From positions 52,888,001 to 52,952,000 of the forward strand of contig CM052817.1 in the NCBI GenBank assembly GCA_028534125.1: a stretch of 64,000 nt of DNA. The letters are read 5' to 3'. The first letter of the stretch is position 1, and each line of letters begins with the position of its first letter. This document shows positions 1-12,905 of the stretch, piece by piece. A program made the position numbers and the translations under genes. The stretch comes from Lama glama. Taxonomy: Eukaryota. The notes beneath the pieces are model-generated. The model worked only from the letters and a program-made list of their open reading frames with translations. It had not been told where the DNA came from and did no database searches.

Positions 1-845
1 ATTTTTATCACTATGACTATGTAAATACTTTACCTAGGAATTTATGTTTATATGATTGTAGTGACAAAATCACTGGCTACTTTGTTCACTGTTGTACCCT
101 GAGGACTTTGAACTATATGAAGAACATACTAAACCCTTAATTTTCATTGACAAAGAACATGTGAAATAAATGTGGGAAAGTTTAGAAAAAAAGTACAAAG
201 CACTAAACAATTACCTTGTCATACCTTCAAGGACTATTAGTACATTTAATATTATGACTTATATAGTAAATTCCTGAGAATATAAATTTAATAATGTACT
301 AAATTCAGCACTATAGTGATGGAATATAAAAAGAGATGAGTAATATTTTTTCTCAATCCAATACTTTGGCAGACACTGATGGTTGTCCTCTACCACCATA
401 TTTTTCTCCTTGAGGTTTAGAATCTCTTGAGTTTTGGGTGAGCACATACTACCTAACTAAAAATAATATTTCTCAGCATACCTTGGAGAAATGTGTTAAT
501 ATGACCAGATTTTTTGCCAATGGAATAAAAGTGGAAGCCATATGTTACTTTTACATTTCAACTTTAAAGGAAAGGGGAGAACCCTTATTTTCTGTCACTT
601 TTAAACCTGGCTTTGGGTGCAAATATGATGATGGAAAATGGAGTAGCCATCTTGTACCCAAATGGATGATGAAGATAGGTGCTGATTATGACAGAGAAAT
701 AAGATAAAAAGACATTAAGCTTCTAACATTTAAAGGTGCTTTGTCAGTCTTCTTATACTCAGATTAGTAAGTCAAGATAAATACATGTCAGCTTTTGTAA
801 GTCCTTCTGTTACAAGCTACAGCCTATAGCTTAACAAACTGCACA

Positions 846-1624
846 TGTACTCGTAGCACTTCAGCCACCCATGTGGCTGTTATATTCTATCGTGGGTTCT
901 GTTCGTTGCGGGTTTTGTGCAGCAAAAGTCCCACCGCAGAAGAACGAGATTACTCAAGACTCTATCAGGTCAAGAGAGTGAGAGGGAACCGAAGACCAAC
1001 TCCCCGAGCTCTTCCAAAGTTCTCGTATTTATTGAGAATAGTCAAACAAAGAATCAAAATAAAATACATCATAGGAATGAGTAAGAGGCATGGTGTATGT
1101 GCAGGGATGCAGGTCAGTAGTTTCAGTTTGTGAAAAACAGAAACATTATCATCTTAATTTATACTTAGAATGTTACAATATTGATAGTACAAATGGTTAT
1201 TTTAAACCTCAATCATGAGCAAGGTTACAGTGTTCTGAACAACTGATAATGAAAAACCAGACCACCACAGAGTCTCCATACAATGATCAGAAATCATCTA
1301 AGCATGAGAAGCAGCCCAGCTGTTCCCAGCTAAGGGCTAAGTCACAGTCTTCTGTGAGCAAGAGCAGCCTAGACTACCCGCCTACGCCTGATAAGCGAAG
1401 CATGTCCTTCCAGTTTGGGCAAGGGACGAGTTATGGTTTTCCATAAGCACAAGCAGCCCTGAATCTATGACCTCGAACTAAGCAAAGCAAGCAAAGCATG
1501 TCTCTGCTTTTTACGGCGAGGAGACAGATTGTAGCAGATTCCTGCTAGCAAAGCAGCTTCAAGGCAACTAAGCTGTTTCATAGATAAGATGGTGACTGGT
1601 ATTGAGAGTTTAATCTTTTAGACA
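846..1624 (-). mobile_element. Probable solo endogenous-retrovirus LTR
   Basis: CpG-retaining block in an AT-rich background with TG...CA termini (tgtactc...ttagaca). It has a minus-strand AATAAA (tttatt ~1028) and the ccatctt motif common near U3 starts. No clean TSD found, so ends are approximate. Confidence 0.55.
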
Positions 1625-1812
1625 TTTTGCTTTGAAGTAGCAGTATAAAGACAAATATAGAAAGCATTGGTTTTGTTTATACATTTGATTATACATTTCT
1701 AATGTGCTTACGTAAAGGTGAGAATACATAAAGTTGAGGATATTATTTGGTAAAAGCAATCATTACAGTATCAAAATTTGTTAACCCAAGTTTGCGCTCC
1801 CACATTCTGTAC

Positions 1813-2015
1813 CAGAGCTGTTCAACAGAAATTTCTGGATTAAAGAAAATGTTCTGTATTTGGATTGTACAGTATGACATCCACTAGCCTCATGTGTCTA
1901 TTGAACATTTAAAATGTGGCTAGTGGAATTGGAGAAATGAATTGTTATTTTATTTTAATTAATTTAAATGTAATTAGCCACATGTGGCTAGTAGCTACCA
2001 TATTGTACAGCTGAG
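1813..2015. mobile_element. MER3-like hAT-Charlie DNA transposon (MITE)
   Basis: Matches the recalled MER3 consensus: cag(a)gctgt(t)caa(c)agaa..., ccactagcc(t)catgtg(t)ctattga, tagccacatgtggctagt(a)gctaccatattg(t)acag. Confidence 0.85.
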
Positions 2016-2134
2016 TTCTAAACTTTGCAATTGCTGAGAAATGTATCCCTTTGATAACCCCAGTTTCACAAATGCTATTTCATAGTCGTGTTATTTTTCA
2101 CCTCCTATCTTTCAAGGACTCTTCTAAAATGTTA

Positions 2135-3420
2135 ATGTCATGAAAGTAAGAAAAAAAGAAGATTCTAGAATTATAAATTATCAATGATTGGATCCTTGAT
2201 TGAATTCTCAATTAAAAGTAAAATTGTTAAAAAGGATATTATAAAGCATACATTATCTAAACAATAGGAGAAATCAGAATATAGACTCTATATTAGGTAA
2301 CAACACTTTATCATTGTTAAATTTCTTAAGTGTTTCTGAGTGTGATAATTTTATTGTGACTATGTAGAAGCATATACTTGTTCATAGTATATAAAAAATT
2401 TAAAGCCAACAAAGGAATGACATATTTAAAGTGCTGAAAGAAGCAAAGCCTTTCTTTAAGTTCTGCATGTAACAAAAATCCTTCAAAAGTGAAGGCAGTT
2501 TCCGCTTTGTGCCCTGGGATGCAGAGGACTGAAAGAAGTTCTTTTCTCTCCTTTCAACAAGAAAATTCAGAGTTAATATCAAATTGCTGGCTTTTTCCCC
2601 CACAAAAGTCATCATAGAGTTGACATAGGAGAAGAAAATGCTGGCCCCAAATCTGAGGAGAAACAGTACCTTAAGGAGGAGAGGAGATTGGAACCCAGGC
2701 CCATCTGGGGTAGGACAGCAGTAAGAAGAGTTCAACTGGAAGCTCGAACAAATTGGGAAAGACTGCGTGGGGTGGCAAGGTAGTGTGAAATCCCTGGAGA
2801 GGCCAGACTCTTACAGGATCTTTGCCATGAATCCACGGGGTGGATAGACAAAAAGATCAGAAAGAGCCCCAGCAAGTGTCCACGTTGGTGCCGATGTGGG
2901 CAGGATAGCAGCGGTGTGAGAAAGAAACTGGAGGTGAGAAACTCTACACCCTTCCTGTTCAATGGAAATTTCTGCAGTGAACTAAATTTCCTTTCTCTCC
3001 ACAATGGAGTAAAAACCTTAACTGTGGGGAAAATGGCAACACTGCTGGTTTTAAGATATTGGTGAATACTCATTACAGCTAGGGAAAGCAAGAAAGGGGA
3101 GTCTGAACCCACTTTAGGAAGTGCAAAATTAAGTATGGAGATCAGTACTGCAGGCAGGAGGGGGACAGGAAAAGAAAGGCTACACTGCCTAGAATGTGGA
3201 ACTGGTCCTAGCCTAAGGCTGAGACTTAACCAGAACTCCAGTAGAGCGAATCCCAGCCTGACCTCTGGATCTCACCAAGCCCGTCAGCTAAGCTAATAAG
3301 CTTTAGGTGGCAAGTGCTGGGGGTGGGCAGGAGAGGAACAAGAGCTTGCCAAGACACAGTCTATGCAGAATGGCACAAAGAGAAACTTCAACTCTTAATA
3401 AAAGAGGTATGCTTTGGTAC
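2135..3420 (+). mobile_element. Old L1 fragments (L1MC-type 3' end, short ORF1 piece, probable 5'UTR)
   Basis: L1MC-like 3' motifs (ttggatcc...aaaggatatt...gttaaatttct...gtgtgataatt...gtgactatgtag) and ORF1-like ggaatgacatatttaaagtgctgaaagaa at ~2415. The 5'UTR assignment of the rest is tentative. Confidence 0.55.
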
Positions 3421-3999
3421 AAATCCCTGCATGAAAATTCTAGCAGAAAAAAGTGCCAATTTTCAGACATAAAAAAATGTTTACTTAAATCTCTGTTGCC
3501 CTATACAAAACTTATGTGCTTCAATAAATGTTTTTTGATGATAAGTGAGGTTTAGGGACCACTGATATAAATAATAGCTGTATATAATAAATACTAAAAA
3601 TTGAGAGATATTACAAGGAATTACTTTGTGAGAGATTTTAATCTTTGTAATCTGGAAAATATTAACACCTTTGGGGAAAAGTTAATCTATTACAAATTTG
3701 GAAAGCAAAAACATTTTATTTTAAATATGTTGAAGTCAAGGTAGGGCATCTATGCATGAGTGACTTCTAAAGAGAAGGGAATAAAGGACTGATGCTGAGA
3801 TCACAAGGATTTGATACGTGAAATTATGAATTCTGAGGGTCTTGGGATTTGATTTGGTTTCATCCTATTTCATTGTATTTTCAATTTCCACCATATCAAA
3901 ACTGCAGACATTTTATTTTACGTAAGTATAACTTCCAAAAATTGCCCTAAGATGGGAAAAAGAAATCTGACAGTCCTTTTACATTTTAGACGAATTGCA

Positions 4000-5090
4000 T
4001 AGATCCTTACTTTGGGTTGTATGTTCTTGCATAAGTGGATGATGAGGTGCCCCACCCAAGATTCTGCCAGGCTTGGAGGGTTTTCCTTCCACGCTATCTC
4101 ACAGGGCCAGCTCTAAGTGGGCTGTAGGGCTGTAGGGCTGTAGTGCCACTGCAGGGTTTTTTTTTTTTTCCACATTCTTAGTGAACCCATCTATTACAAA
4201 GCTTCTATTTTCCCCTTTTCTATAGGTTCATAGGGATACCTATGTTATCCTAGGTCTGAGATAGTTGAGAGACAGATGCCAGTACAACATCTGTGGGTGA
4301 AATGGGACAGGGTTCTAGGCCTCCTGGAAGCTTATGTCTGTCCTACTAGCAGTTTGATTCATCTGGTATATGAATTAAGTTTATATCCATAACTGTAGAA
4401 CATGCTGCCTCCAGAACCCAAAGAAGTGTGATAGGCATTGTGATTACACCTTAGTGACAGAATAAATCAAATGAAATAATTCATTTTGTACATTTTTAGT
4501 AGTATCTCTGTAACCTCAGAATACTGGACCCCTAAGGCCACTGGTGTGATAGGCTCCTGAAATTTTATAATAATATATTCCAAACTCTCAAAGGCATTTA
4601 CATCACAAGGTCTCCATTATGTTGTCACTTTTTGACTATCTAGTTTGATTAACATGAAGACATTGATATAATTGCAACAGGGTTATGTTCCACAGAGCAC
4701 CCAGTATCAGTTCACTTTCATAGCAGAACCGATGGCAAATTAGCATACACCAGAATAAGACTGTAAGTATACTACTTGGGTGTCCAGTGTGTCCATTGCA
4801 AACTGTATATGATTTACTTTCCTGATAAGTCTGCTACATTTGGCAGACTAATGAATGCATCCTACATACCTGAGGCTGTAGTAATGTGATGTAGCAAAGA
4901 CAGAACATCTAATATAGCAGCTGCAATGGAAAACAATTTGATTGTTTTTGTGATAATCTACTGATATCCTCTGGATCTATCAGGTTTTGGGCGAGAACGG
5001 TGAATTAAGCAGGGGATATAACAGTGTCCCACCAAACTTGCATCCTTTAGGTTGCTTCTCTTATAATTTAATCATTTGTCTTCTAATCTT
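4000..5090 (-). mobile_element. Degenerate ERVL/MaLR internal (pol) remnant
   Basis: Reverse strand resembles decayed ERVL pol (DG-F/S RNaseH-like stretch ~4180, ccagtggccttaggggtcc ~4530), next to an MLT2-like LTR. No open ORF. Confidence 0.4.
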
Positions 5091-5344
5091 TTTTTTGCTT
5101 TCTGATGCAGAAAACTGGAGTCTTTCTATATTTTACCAATAATTTTTTCTGGCTTAAAAACTTGACTATTAAAGGATGGCTTATTATCTTTAGTCTTTGT
5201 CTTTCTCCTGAAGCGTTAATTTTCCAAGCATCAGATGCCATATAATTATCATATCTTACATATTGCTCAAATGCCCATATTTGTATCTTGTATAAAAAGA
5301 AATGAAAATATATTGGTTGGGAAATTATATCTTATACTTCAACT

Positions 5345-5600
5345 ATGTATCAGTTAGTGTTTGACTAGAGAAATGAAAAGAGCATGAATGATTGAATAAG
5401 AAATTTATTCATATAGATATGGATATAGAATAAATGATTTATTGTAAAGTTTATACCTTATGCAATTGCAGGAGCTGGTAGAGAAATCCTTGTAAGGTTG
5501 TTTCATCTGCAACTAGTATTAAACCAGTGACTCTAGATAGACTAACTGGCAGTAAGGAAGGAAAGCTGGACATGAAATGGGCAAGAGCTAGGGCAAACCA
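5345..5600 (-). mobile_element. MLT2-like (ERVL) LTR fragment
   Basis: tgtatcagttagtgtttgactagagaaa...gatttattgtaaag...ttatgcaattgcaggagctgg resembles an MLT2 terminus. Confidence 0.55.
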
Positions 5601-6848
5601 GAGCATTTATTTGAAATTAAAATAGCATAAGCAGTCTGACTTTGACCAGGAGCTGAGAGTCAATTGTTTGCTTATTGATTTTACCTTTGGTCTAGTTTAC
5701 TTTACTCTTCATTATTTTTAAGTTATATAATCGCAAGTCCTTGTTATTCACAAATGGAAATGAAGCATGCTTTATTCAACTCTTGGTAAATAATATCTAG
5801 ATGTGGTGTTTGGATATCATCGAGCAATAGTAGTAAACATAAAAATAAAAAAGTTAAAATCGATATGCCTCTTATCTTAAATTATATAATATTGGTTCTT
5901 TTGTAAATGGAATGTACCAGTTAAAATAAGATGGATTGATAAATCACTCAGAATAAGCAATAATGAAAATTGTTAATTTGCCTAATTTGATGGTTGCTTT
6001 AGAACAAAGGGAGAATATAATTGTGGTTATTTTACAAACAGCTTAAGAGAAAATATGCCCGATTTCAGAAAACAAATTAGTGACAACAAAGCAAAATCAC
6101 AGCATGAGACTATCTTCTTAGTTCTAATAAATTTTCATCTATAATAAAATCCTTGACCTCACTTTGCAATGGCTTGTTTTCTCTTTTAACTTTGGTGACA
6201 AGGTAAAATAAGAACTTTATACAACACACTTGTAAACTTGGAAATAACATTCTGATTAGATTACAATGAAGATAAATTGTGTTATAGAGAGGATCATATG
6301 ATGGTATTTGATTTTGATTAATTCCTTTTTTCCATTGTGACACAGACAATTGAAAATTATATTTGAGCTAATTTTTCTTGTTTTGTTTTTACTTACAGAT
6401 GAAATGCTTGGGATTTGATAAATTTGCAGAAGTTTGCTATAGGAGATAGGAGATATCAGAACATATCCTGTGACACAGGAAAGTCCCTAACAGGAGATAA
6501 TAGCTGATAAGAAGTTAGAGTAATGGTATAGAATATATGATTATAATGAATCTCATACTTAAGATTTTAACATTTATTTGACAAGAATGTATTGAATTCC
6601 CACTATGAAACATATATGTGAAAGACACAGTCCATATTTTCAAGAAAACTATGATCTAGAAGAGACCAAACAGTGAACATTTTATATTTATATTTATATA
6701 TAATACCTTCAGTAAATACTATGAAAGACTAATCAATGTGCTTTGTACTTACGTGGTTGAGGCTCATAACCATGTTGAGTATACATGTAACACAGGCCTT
6801 AGAAAGTTCTTAGAGGAGGCGGCATCTAAACTGAAATATAAATAACAT

Positions 6849-7348
6849 NNNNNNNNNNNNNNNNNNNNNNNNNNNNNNNNNNNNNNNNNNNNNNNNNNNN
6901 NNNNNNNNNNNNNNNNNNNNNNNNNNNNNNNNNNNNNNNNNNNNNNNNNNNNNNNNNNNNNNNNNNNNNNNNNNNNNNNNNNNNNNNNNNNNNNNNNNNN
7001 NNNNNNNNNNNNNNNNNNNNNNNNNNNNNNNNNNNNNNNNNNNNNNNNNNNNNNNNNNNNNNNNNNNNNNNNNNNNNNNNNNNNNNNNNNNNNNNNNNNN
7101 NNNNNNNNNNNNNNNNNNNNNNNNNNNNNNNNNNNNNNNNNNNNNNNNNNNNNNNNNNNNNNNNNNNNNNNNNNNNNNNNNNNNNNNNNNNNNNNNNNNN
7201 NNNNNNNNNNNNNNNNNNNNNNNNNNNNNNNNNNNNNNNNNNNNNNNNNNNNNNNNNNNNNNNNNNNNNNNNNNNNNNNNNNNNNNNNNNNNNNNNNNNN
7301 NNNNNNNNNNNNNNNNNNNNNNNNNNNNNNNNNNNNNNNNNNNNNNNN
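6849..7348. other. Assembly gap (500 N)
   Basis: Run of n characters. Confidence 1.
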
Positions 7349-7426
7349 CTTTACCTTTTTTAACCACTATGTCTTGTCTCTGAATTCTTTCTGGGATGGG
7401 GCAAGAACCTGAAACACCGGTTGCAT
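7349..7426 (+). mobile_element. Possible U5 end of an ERV1-type LTR running into the gap
   Basis: gtctctgaattctttct...gcaagaacc is typical of ERV1 LTR U5 ends; ends in ...ttgca. Confidence 0.35.
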
Positions 7427-7574
7427 CTATCGTCAACATTAAGACAAAAATATCAACACTATTTGACAAATTGATTACATGTCTCAATGGAGAAGGATGA
7501 TAAAGATCAATGTTCAACTTTTACCTGGATAATCGATGGACCATCATGTCATTCACTGAAATTACGAATAATGA

Positions 7575-7600
7575 TTTTTTTTTTTTTTTTTTTTTTTTTT
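7575..7600. repeat. Poly(T)26 tract
   Basis: Direct reading. Confidence 0.95.
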
Positions 7601-7889
7601 GTCTACACTCTGGCAGTTATAAAAGTTCTGACAGTAAGGACCTTTCCAGGCTCTGCATCAGGAGTGCTGGTCGGGGGAATCGCTAACCCTAGGCCTTTGG
7701 CAGGCTCCGGTTGCATCTACACGGGCCTAGAGGGCTTGGAAGCCTGAAAGCAGATGTCTGGGAGCAAATCACGCATGTGCTTGCTGACCACTTGACATCT
7801 ACACTCCCAGGAATTGTTTCCTGCTTCTGAGACCTTTAGGAATAGGCTGAGCCACAGGCAAAGACTACTGGGGGACACACTGTGCCTTT

Positions 7890-8255
7890 AAGTACCTGCT
7901 GACTCTGAAACCCAGACACCTGTTCCCCTGAAGCCAGATCTCGCGGGATCTCGGAAGCCATTACAGGTCTGACGGGGCAACGACGGATGAAAGCCGCCAC
8001 AGAACTATGATTTCCATACAGGCCCCACGTCCTTTAAAGACAGCAAAGCTATGAGCGACTATAATCACCTTCGCAGCTTCTTCACCAGTAGCACTTTTTG
8101 GGGAACTGCTGGCCCCAGGAAGACGGCCTAGTGGACGAGGACCGGCCACTTCCCCAATGACCCAGAGCATCAGGCCTGCAGACCAGACCAGGGGCACCAG
8201 GACGAAGTGCGCATGCCCGTGTTTCCTGACTCAGCGTCTGGAAATCAGGTACCTG
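7890..8255. promoter_or_regulatory. Small CpG-rich promoter, probably bidirectional
   Basis: About 17 CpGs in ~350 bp of an otherwise CpG-depleted window. Motifs: near-palindrome AGATCTCGCGGGATCT 7936-7951 (BANP/TCTCGCGAGA-like), two degenerate ACTACAnnTCCC (ZNF143/THAP11)-like sites at 8004 and 8058, CCAAT ~8155, NRF1 TGCGCATGC 8208-8216, TGACTCAGC 8227-8235. Outward-facing CAG|GTAC donors at 7896/7895 (minus) and 8248/8249 (plus). Confidence 0.7.
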
Positions 8256-8324
8256 AGGAGGAGGGTTTGGGAATGCAACAGTTGTCCTGCTGCTAGTAAT
8301 AGTAATACTGGTACTGCTACTTCA

Positions 8325-8485
8325 CAGTGATTGAGTGTTATGTGGCAGCCAACATAGCAATAAGTCTCCTTTTGCAGATAAAGAAACTGAAATACAACGA
8401 GGTTAATCATGTGTAAAGCTGTAAGACTAGTAACTAGTGGAGCAAGGGTTTAAACTCATAGTGATTTCAGAGTTTATACTCTAGT
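8325..8485 (-). mobile_element. MIR SINE
   Basis: MIR core: ccttttgcagataaagaaactgaa...gaggttaa...ctagtggagcaagggtttaaactc. Confidence 0.75.
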
Positions 8486-8959
8486 AGTCTAATAAATCTG
8501 GTTTTAACAGAGTAAAATTTTGATAGTACTTTTATATTCATTATACAGCTGTTTTTGTGCATCTAAAACTGAATAGACAGTTCTAGAATAGATACATATT
8601 TTGGAAGTTCATCCAAATATGAAGGATTGAGTGAAGGAATGTGCATTTTTGTTAAGAGTTTGAGATTTAGTTTAAGACTTCCTGAGTTCAAATAATGATA
8701 GTGGTCTGTCTTTACTAAATCTGAAAGCATGGATTGAGTCTATATTTGGTGGCTGTTGAACAAATAAGCAGCTCTTGAGCAGATATTTCTCTTAAGGTAA
8801 ATTGCAGAAACTCAAAAAAAAAAAGTATTTCTATTGGAGAAAAGGAACAAAAAAGGGAGAAAACACGTTTTCATTCTGTATATTCTGAAATAAATGAAAA
8901 ACATGTATCTGAGTTAAGATTTGGAAAACTGTGTGTTTGTGTGCATGTTTGAATCAAAC

Positions 8960-10690
8960 TTCTTATTGTGGGATAATTATAGATCCTTATGCAGTTGTGA
9001 GAAATGATACAAAGACATCGTGTGTTTCTTTACCTAGTTTCCCAATGGTAACATCTTATAAAACTGTAGTACAGTATCAGAGTATTGAAATTGATATGGT
9101 CAAATACAGAATGTTTCCATCACCACAGGTCCCTCACCATGTCCTGTAAGTCACAGCCATTTGACCACACTGTGCCCTTAACTCTCTTAACCCCAGGTAG
9201 TCACTCATATGTTCTCCACTGTCTATAATTTTGTCATTTCAAGAATGTTATATAATTAGAACCATATAGCATGTAACTTACTAGGAGGAAGGAAATAAGT
9301 TACCCTGCTTCTTAGTCACCTGAAAAAAAATGAATTTCTAATGGGAGACAGAGAATGTGATATATACAGAAGATTTTATTAGTGAAGTAAAAAGGTAGTA
9401 ACATACAGTACCTCCCTGTCCTTCGCCCCCCCCCCCCCCCGAAGCAGGCCAATCCAAGAGAGGAAAAATGGCTGGCACTGCTCCTTTGTTTTTCCTGTTC
9501 TTATATCCTGGCTTAGGGGCATTTTCGTGATTGATTGATTCCTGCCTCAGGTTCTTTGAGTGCTCAGGCTGATTGACAACTCACATTCCTTGTGCTCAGG
9601 CTGGTTGGCTGACAGCTTGTGTTCCTTGTGCTCTGGCATGCCCGTCTCTTTCACTCATGGTCTTACCCATGATGCACACAGAGAAACCTACCGGAGGGGG
9701 CTCCAACTGCAATGTTAATTACATTATAATGAGCATTGGGTCAAGTTAAGCTGGGTGCTTCTCTCTATGCTGCAAAGCTGCAGCGTTTGATCCTAGCTGG
9801 CTTCTTTGTTGGCCCATATTTAGAGAAAGTAAAAGTTGAGGCCCCTTATCCTGATTGCAGGCCTACTGTTATTTTCTGGGTTTGCTCCCTCCCCCTTCTT
9901 CTCCCCTTGCCTGGTGCTCATTTCTAACTGTCTAACATAATCTTTCAGTGTTGGCTTTTTTCACTTTGTGCAATACTCTAGAAATTTATCCTGGCTAATG
10001 TGTTTATCAACAGTTTGATTGTTTTTATTGCTGAGCAGTATTCCAGGCTATGGAAGTACTACCGTTTGATTAGCCATTCACCTGTTGAAACAACTAGGTT
10101 GTTTCTAGCTTTTAGCTGTTTCAAATAAAGCTGCTATAAAAATTGATATACAGGTTTCGGTGAGAACAAAAGTCCTAATTTCCCTAGAATAAATGCCCAG
10201 AACTGCAGTTGCTGGATTGTATGGTAGTTGAGTTGCATGTTTAATTTTTTTTCTTCAAAAAAAAATTGCCAAAAATTTTCTAAAGTGGCTGCACCATTTT
10301 TACATTCCCACTCAGTATTAGTGATCTGATTTCTCTGCATCCTTGATAGCATTTGGTGTTGACACTATTTTTTTACTTTAGCAACTCTGATAGGTTTTTA
10401 ATTAGGATCTCCCTAATGGCTAACAATGTTAAACATTTTTTCCTGTACTTATTTGCCATCTCTGTATCAATGAAATGTTTTTATAACTTTTGCACATTTC
10501 CCGTTTGTCCTAATTGGAATTTTTTAATTTCAATTTTTCTTTTTTTTTACTGTTGAGTTTTGAGAGTTGTTTTTTTTTAAATATACTCTAGACACTAGTC
10601 ATTTGTCAGATATGTGGCTTGCAACATTTTTTCCTATTTTGTAGTTTGTCTTTTCGTTCTTTTATCAGCATCTTTCACAGAGCAAAATTT
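8960..10690 (-). mobile_element. Old L1 (L1MC/MB-type) 3' region, interrupted by the LTR at 9278-9937
   Basis: L1 3' motifs (ttttgtcatttcaagaatgttatata; gtggctgcaccattttacattcccac; ccctaatggctaacaatgtt). Host sequence resumes in register after the LTR. Confidence 0.8.
9278..9937 (-). mobile_element. Solo ERV1-type LTR nested in L1
   Basis: Interrupts L1 catatagcatgtaac|...|taatctttcag with imperfect 4-bp TSD taac/taat. Ends ctaactgtctaaca. Minus-strand AATAAA (~9375) and TATA-like cttata (~9500). Contains a poly-C tract at ~9426-9440. Confidence 0.7.
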
Positions 10691-11747
10691 AGAATGTTAG
10701 ATCTTCTGTTGTTGTCCAAAAAGTCTTGTGGCTTTGTCTTTATTTTTTTTTCAGTCTTTTTTCAATCCATTGTTTATTCTGGGTAGTTTGTAGTGTTCTG
10801 TTTTCTGGTTCACTGATTCTTACCTCTGTCCTTTTCATTCTGCTTTTGATCCCATTAGTCTCTTTATTTCAGTTATGTGTGTTATTCAACTCCAAAATTT
10901 CCATTTTAGTTCTTCATTATACCTTCTTTTTATTTTCTCTGACTTTCTTTCTCGAGGCTTTTTATTTTTTCACTTGTTTTAAGTATGTTTCTAATTGTTC
11001 ACTGAAGCATTTTTGTCATGGCTGCTTTAAAATCCTGATTAGATTTTTCTAACATCTCTTGTCATCTCAGTGTTCACATTGATTGTCTCTTTTTCAATTC
11101 AGTTTGAGATCTTCCTGGTTCTTGGTCTGACAAGTAATTTTCTATTGTAAACTTGACATTTTCATATTATGTTATGAGATTTTATTTTTATTTAAAATGT
11201 CTTAAATTTTTTTTTTTCCTGCTGCTGCTCTAGCAGGAGAAAGGGGAACTCTAGCCTGTTATTAGCAAATGGGAAGGTCTAAGCCCAGATTCCTCAGGTG
11301 GCCCCCATTATTATCCCAGTTAGAAGGTTCTTACTTCTGCAGGGTAAGAGTGAGAGTGTTGGGAGGTAATTAGCGGTCTATATATGTTGTAATAGCAAAA
11401 CCCAAACAGGTGATTTTGATTATTGTTACTGACCAAACTGTGTTTTCTTTATAAGACTCTAATGTAAGGCATTTCTTTAGGTTTGATACATTAATATATA
11501 CAAGAAGGCAAACTGGTAGTTGGGATATTCAGAAATAATGGATTATACCACCCATTAAAGAATAGTATCCTAGGAGAGTTATGTTTTTTAATACTTTGTC
11601 CTGTCTGGGTAAGCCATATAAAACTCCTTAAATTCTTGTGTAATTTTAGAATGTTTTTTAAAAAATACTTTATTTAAAATTCTAGTTCTTATATTATTTT
11701 AAATGCAAAATGAACCAATAACTATTCAGTAACATTTACTCAGTATT

Positions 11748-11999
11748 TTTGATGATTAGGTTTATGTGTCACCTTGGCTAGGCTATAGTAACCAGTTGTT
11801 CAGTTAAACAGTAATCTAAGTGTTGCTGTGAAGGTATGGTTTATAATACACATGGTTGATGTGTTAAAGTCCATGTTGTTAACATCTACAATCAGCTGAC
11901 GCTAAGTAAAGGAAATGTGGGTGAGCCTCATCAGGTGAAAGATTTTAGGAGCAAGATTGAGACTTCCCTGAGGAGGAAGAAATTCTTCCTCAAGACTGC
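11748..11999 (+). mobile_element. MLT2D-like LTR, 5' half
   Basis: tttatgtgtcaccttggctaggctatagtaaccagttgttcagttaaaca...gttgctgtgaaggta...gaagaaattcttcctcaagactgc. Confidence 0.85.
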
Positions 12000-12699
12000 C
12001 TCAGCAGAAAGGGAGAAGTAAAACAAAGAGCGTTTGGCAACTCTGTGGATGTTGGGTGAGTTTTGAGAGGAGTCTGGGAACTGAAACTAGGCCATAAGAT
12101 GGTGGGGAATGTTAGGAGAGTGGATAAGAAGCAGAAAGGAGGATAGTGGGGTTCGGGGGAGAACAGGATTCTGGGAGAAAGTTGGGAAGGGGAAAGGTAG
12201 AGGTCCCCCTACTTAGCAGCTGGGATTGGACCTTTGTAAGGAAGTCTCTGTGGAAGTTTGCTCAGGGATATTGCTGTTTGCTGGGGTACAAAAATCACAA
12301 CTTTGCTGGGAAAGTGGAGTCTGAGGGTTCTGCTGGGGGATGAGTGCCTGAGGGAGTGGGGCTCTGCAGAGATCTCTAGTCTGAGGAGTTAGAGCCCTGC
12401 TAGAAGATTACCTATGGGGGAACCAGCTGCTGTGGTTACCTGGGTATGAGGGAAAGGGAGGGGCTGTGTTGAGCAACCAGGGTCCGAGGGGAGCCAGGGT
12501 TAGAGGATGGGCTAGGACTCCACTAAGAGGGTGAATGAGAAAGGAGACTCAATGGAAGAGTCAAAATTTTGTTAGAAGACAGAGTTCTGTTTCTGCTTCT
12601 TTGGATGCAGCAGTGAACATTTTCCCACAAAGAATCTCAGAAAAGCTGCCAATAATGCAAAGTAGAATGTGAAGCTTGGGATGCCATATGCATTATGGT

Positions 12700-12905
12700 T
12701 GGGAATTTGAGCTTGAATTTAGCCAGATTTGAGTCCTAACAGGACCTTTTCATGGCACTGTGGAAGATTATTTGTTTCTTTGAATTTCTGTAAATTGAGG
12801 GGTAATAATACTACCTATGCTGTAGAGTTTTACAAAAATTTACAGTAAATTGATGAGCGCAACGCCCTGGCACATTGTAAGTACTTTAAAAAGTTGCTAT
12901 TACTG
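12700..12905 (+). mobile_element. MIR SINE inside the 1.6-kb insert
   Basis: ctgtaaattgaggggtaataatactacct...ccctggcacattgtaagtact...gctattact. Confidence 0.7.

Noticed and set aside
259..452. Minus-strand ORF MCSPKTQEILNLKEK... with an upstream AG as a coding exon of the leftward transcript
   Set aside because: Weak splice signals and no protein similarity that I recognise; unsupported without alignment.
6810..7517. Longest ORF in the track (235 aa)
   Set aside because: Artefact of translating through the 500-N gap.
7961..8197. 78-aa ORF across the promoter
   Set aside because: Non-ATG start in GC-rich DNA where stop codons are rare; no recognisable homology.
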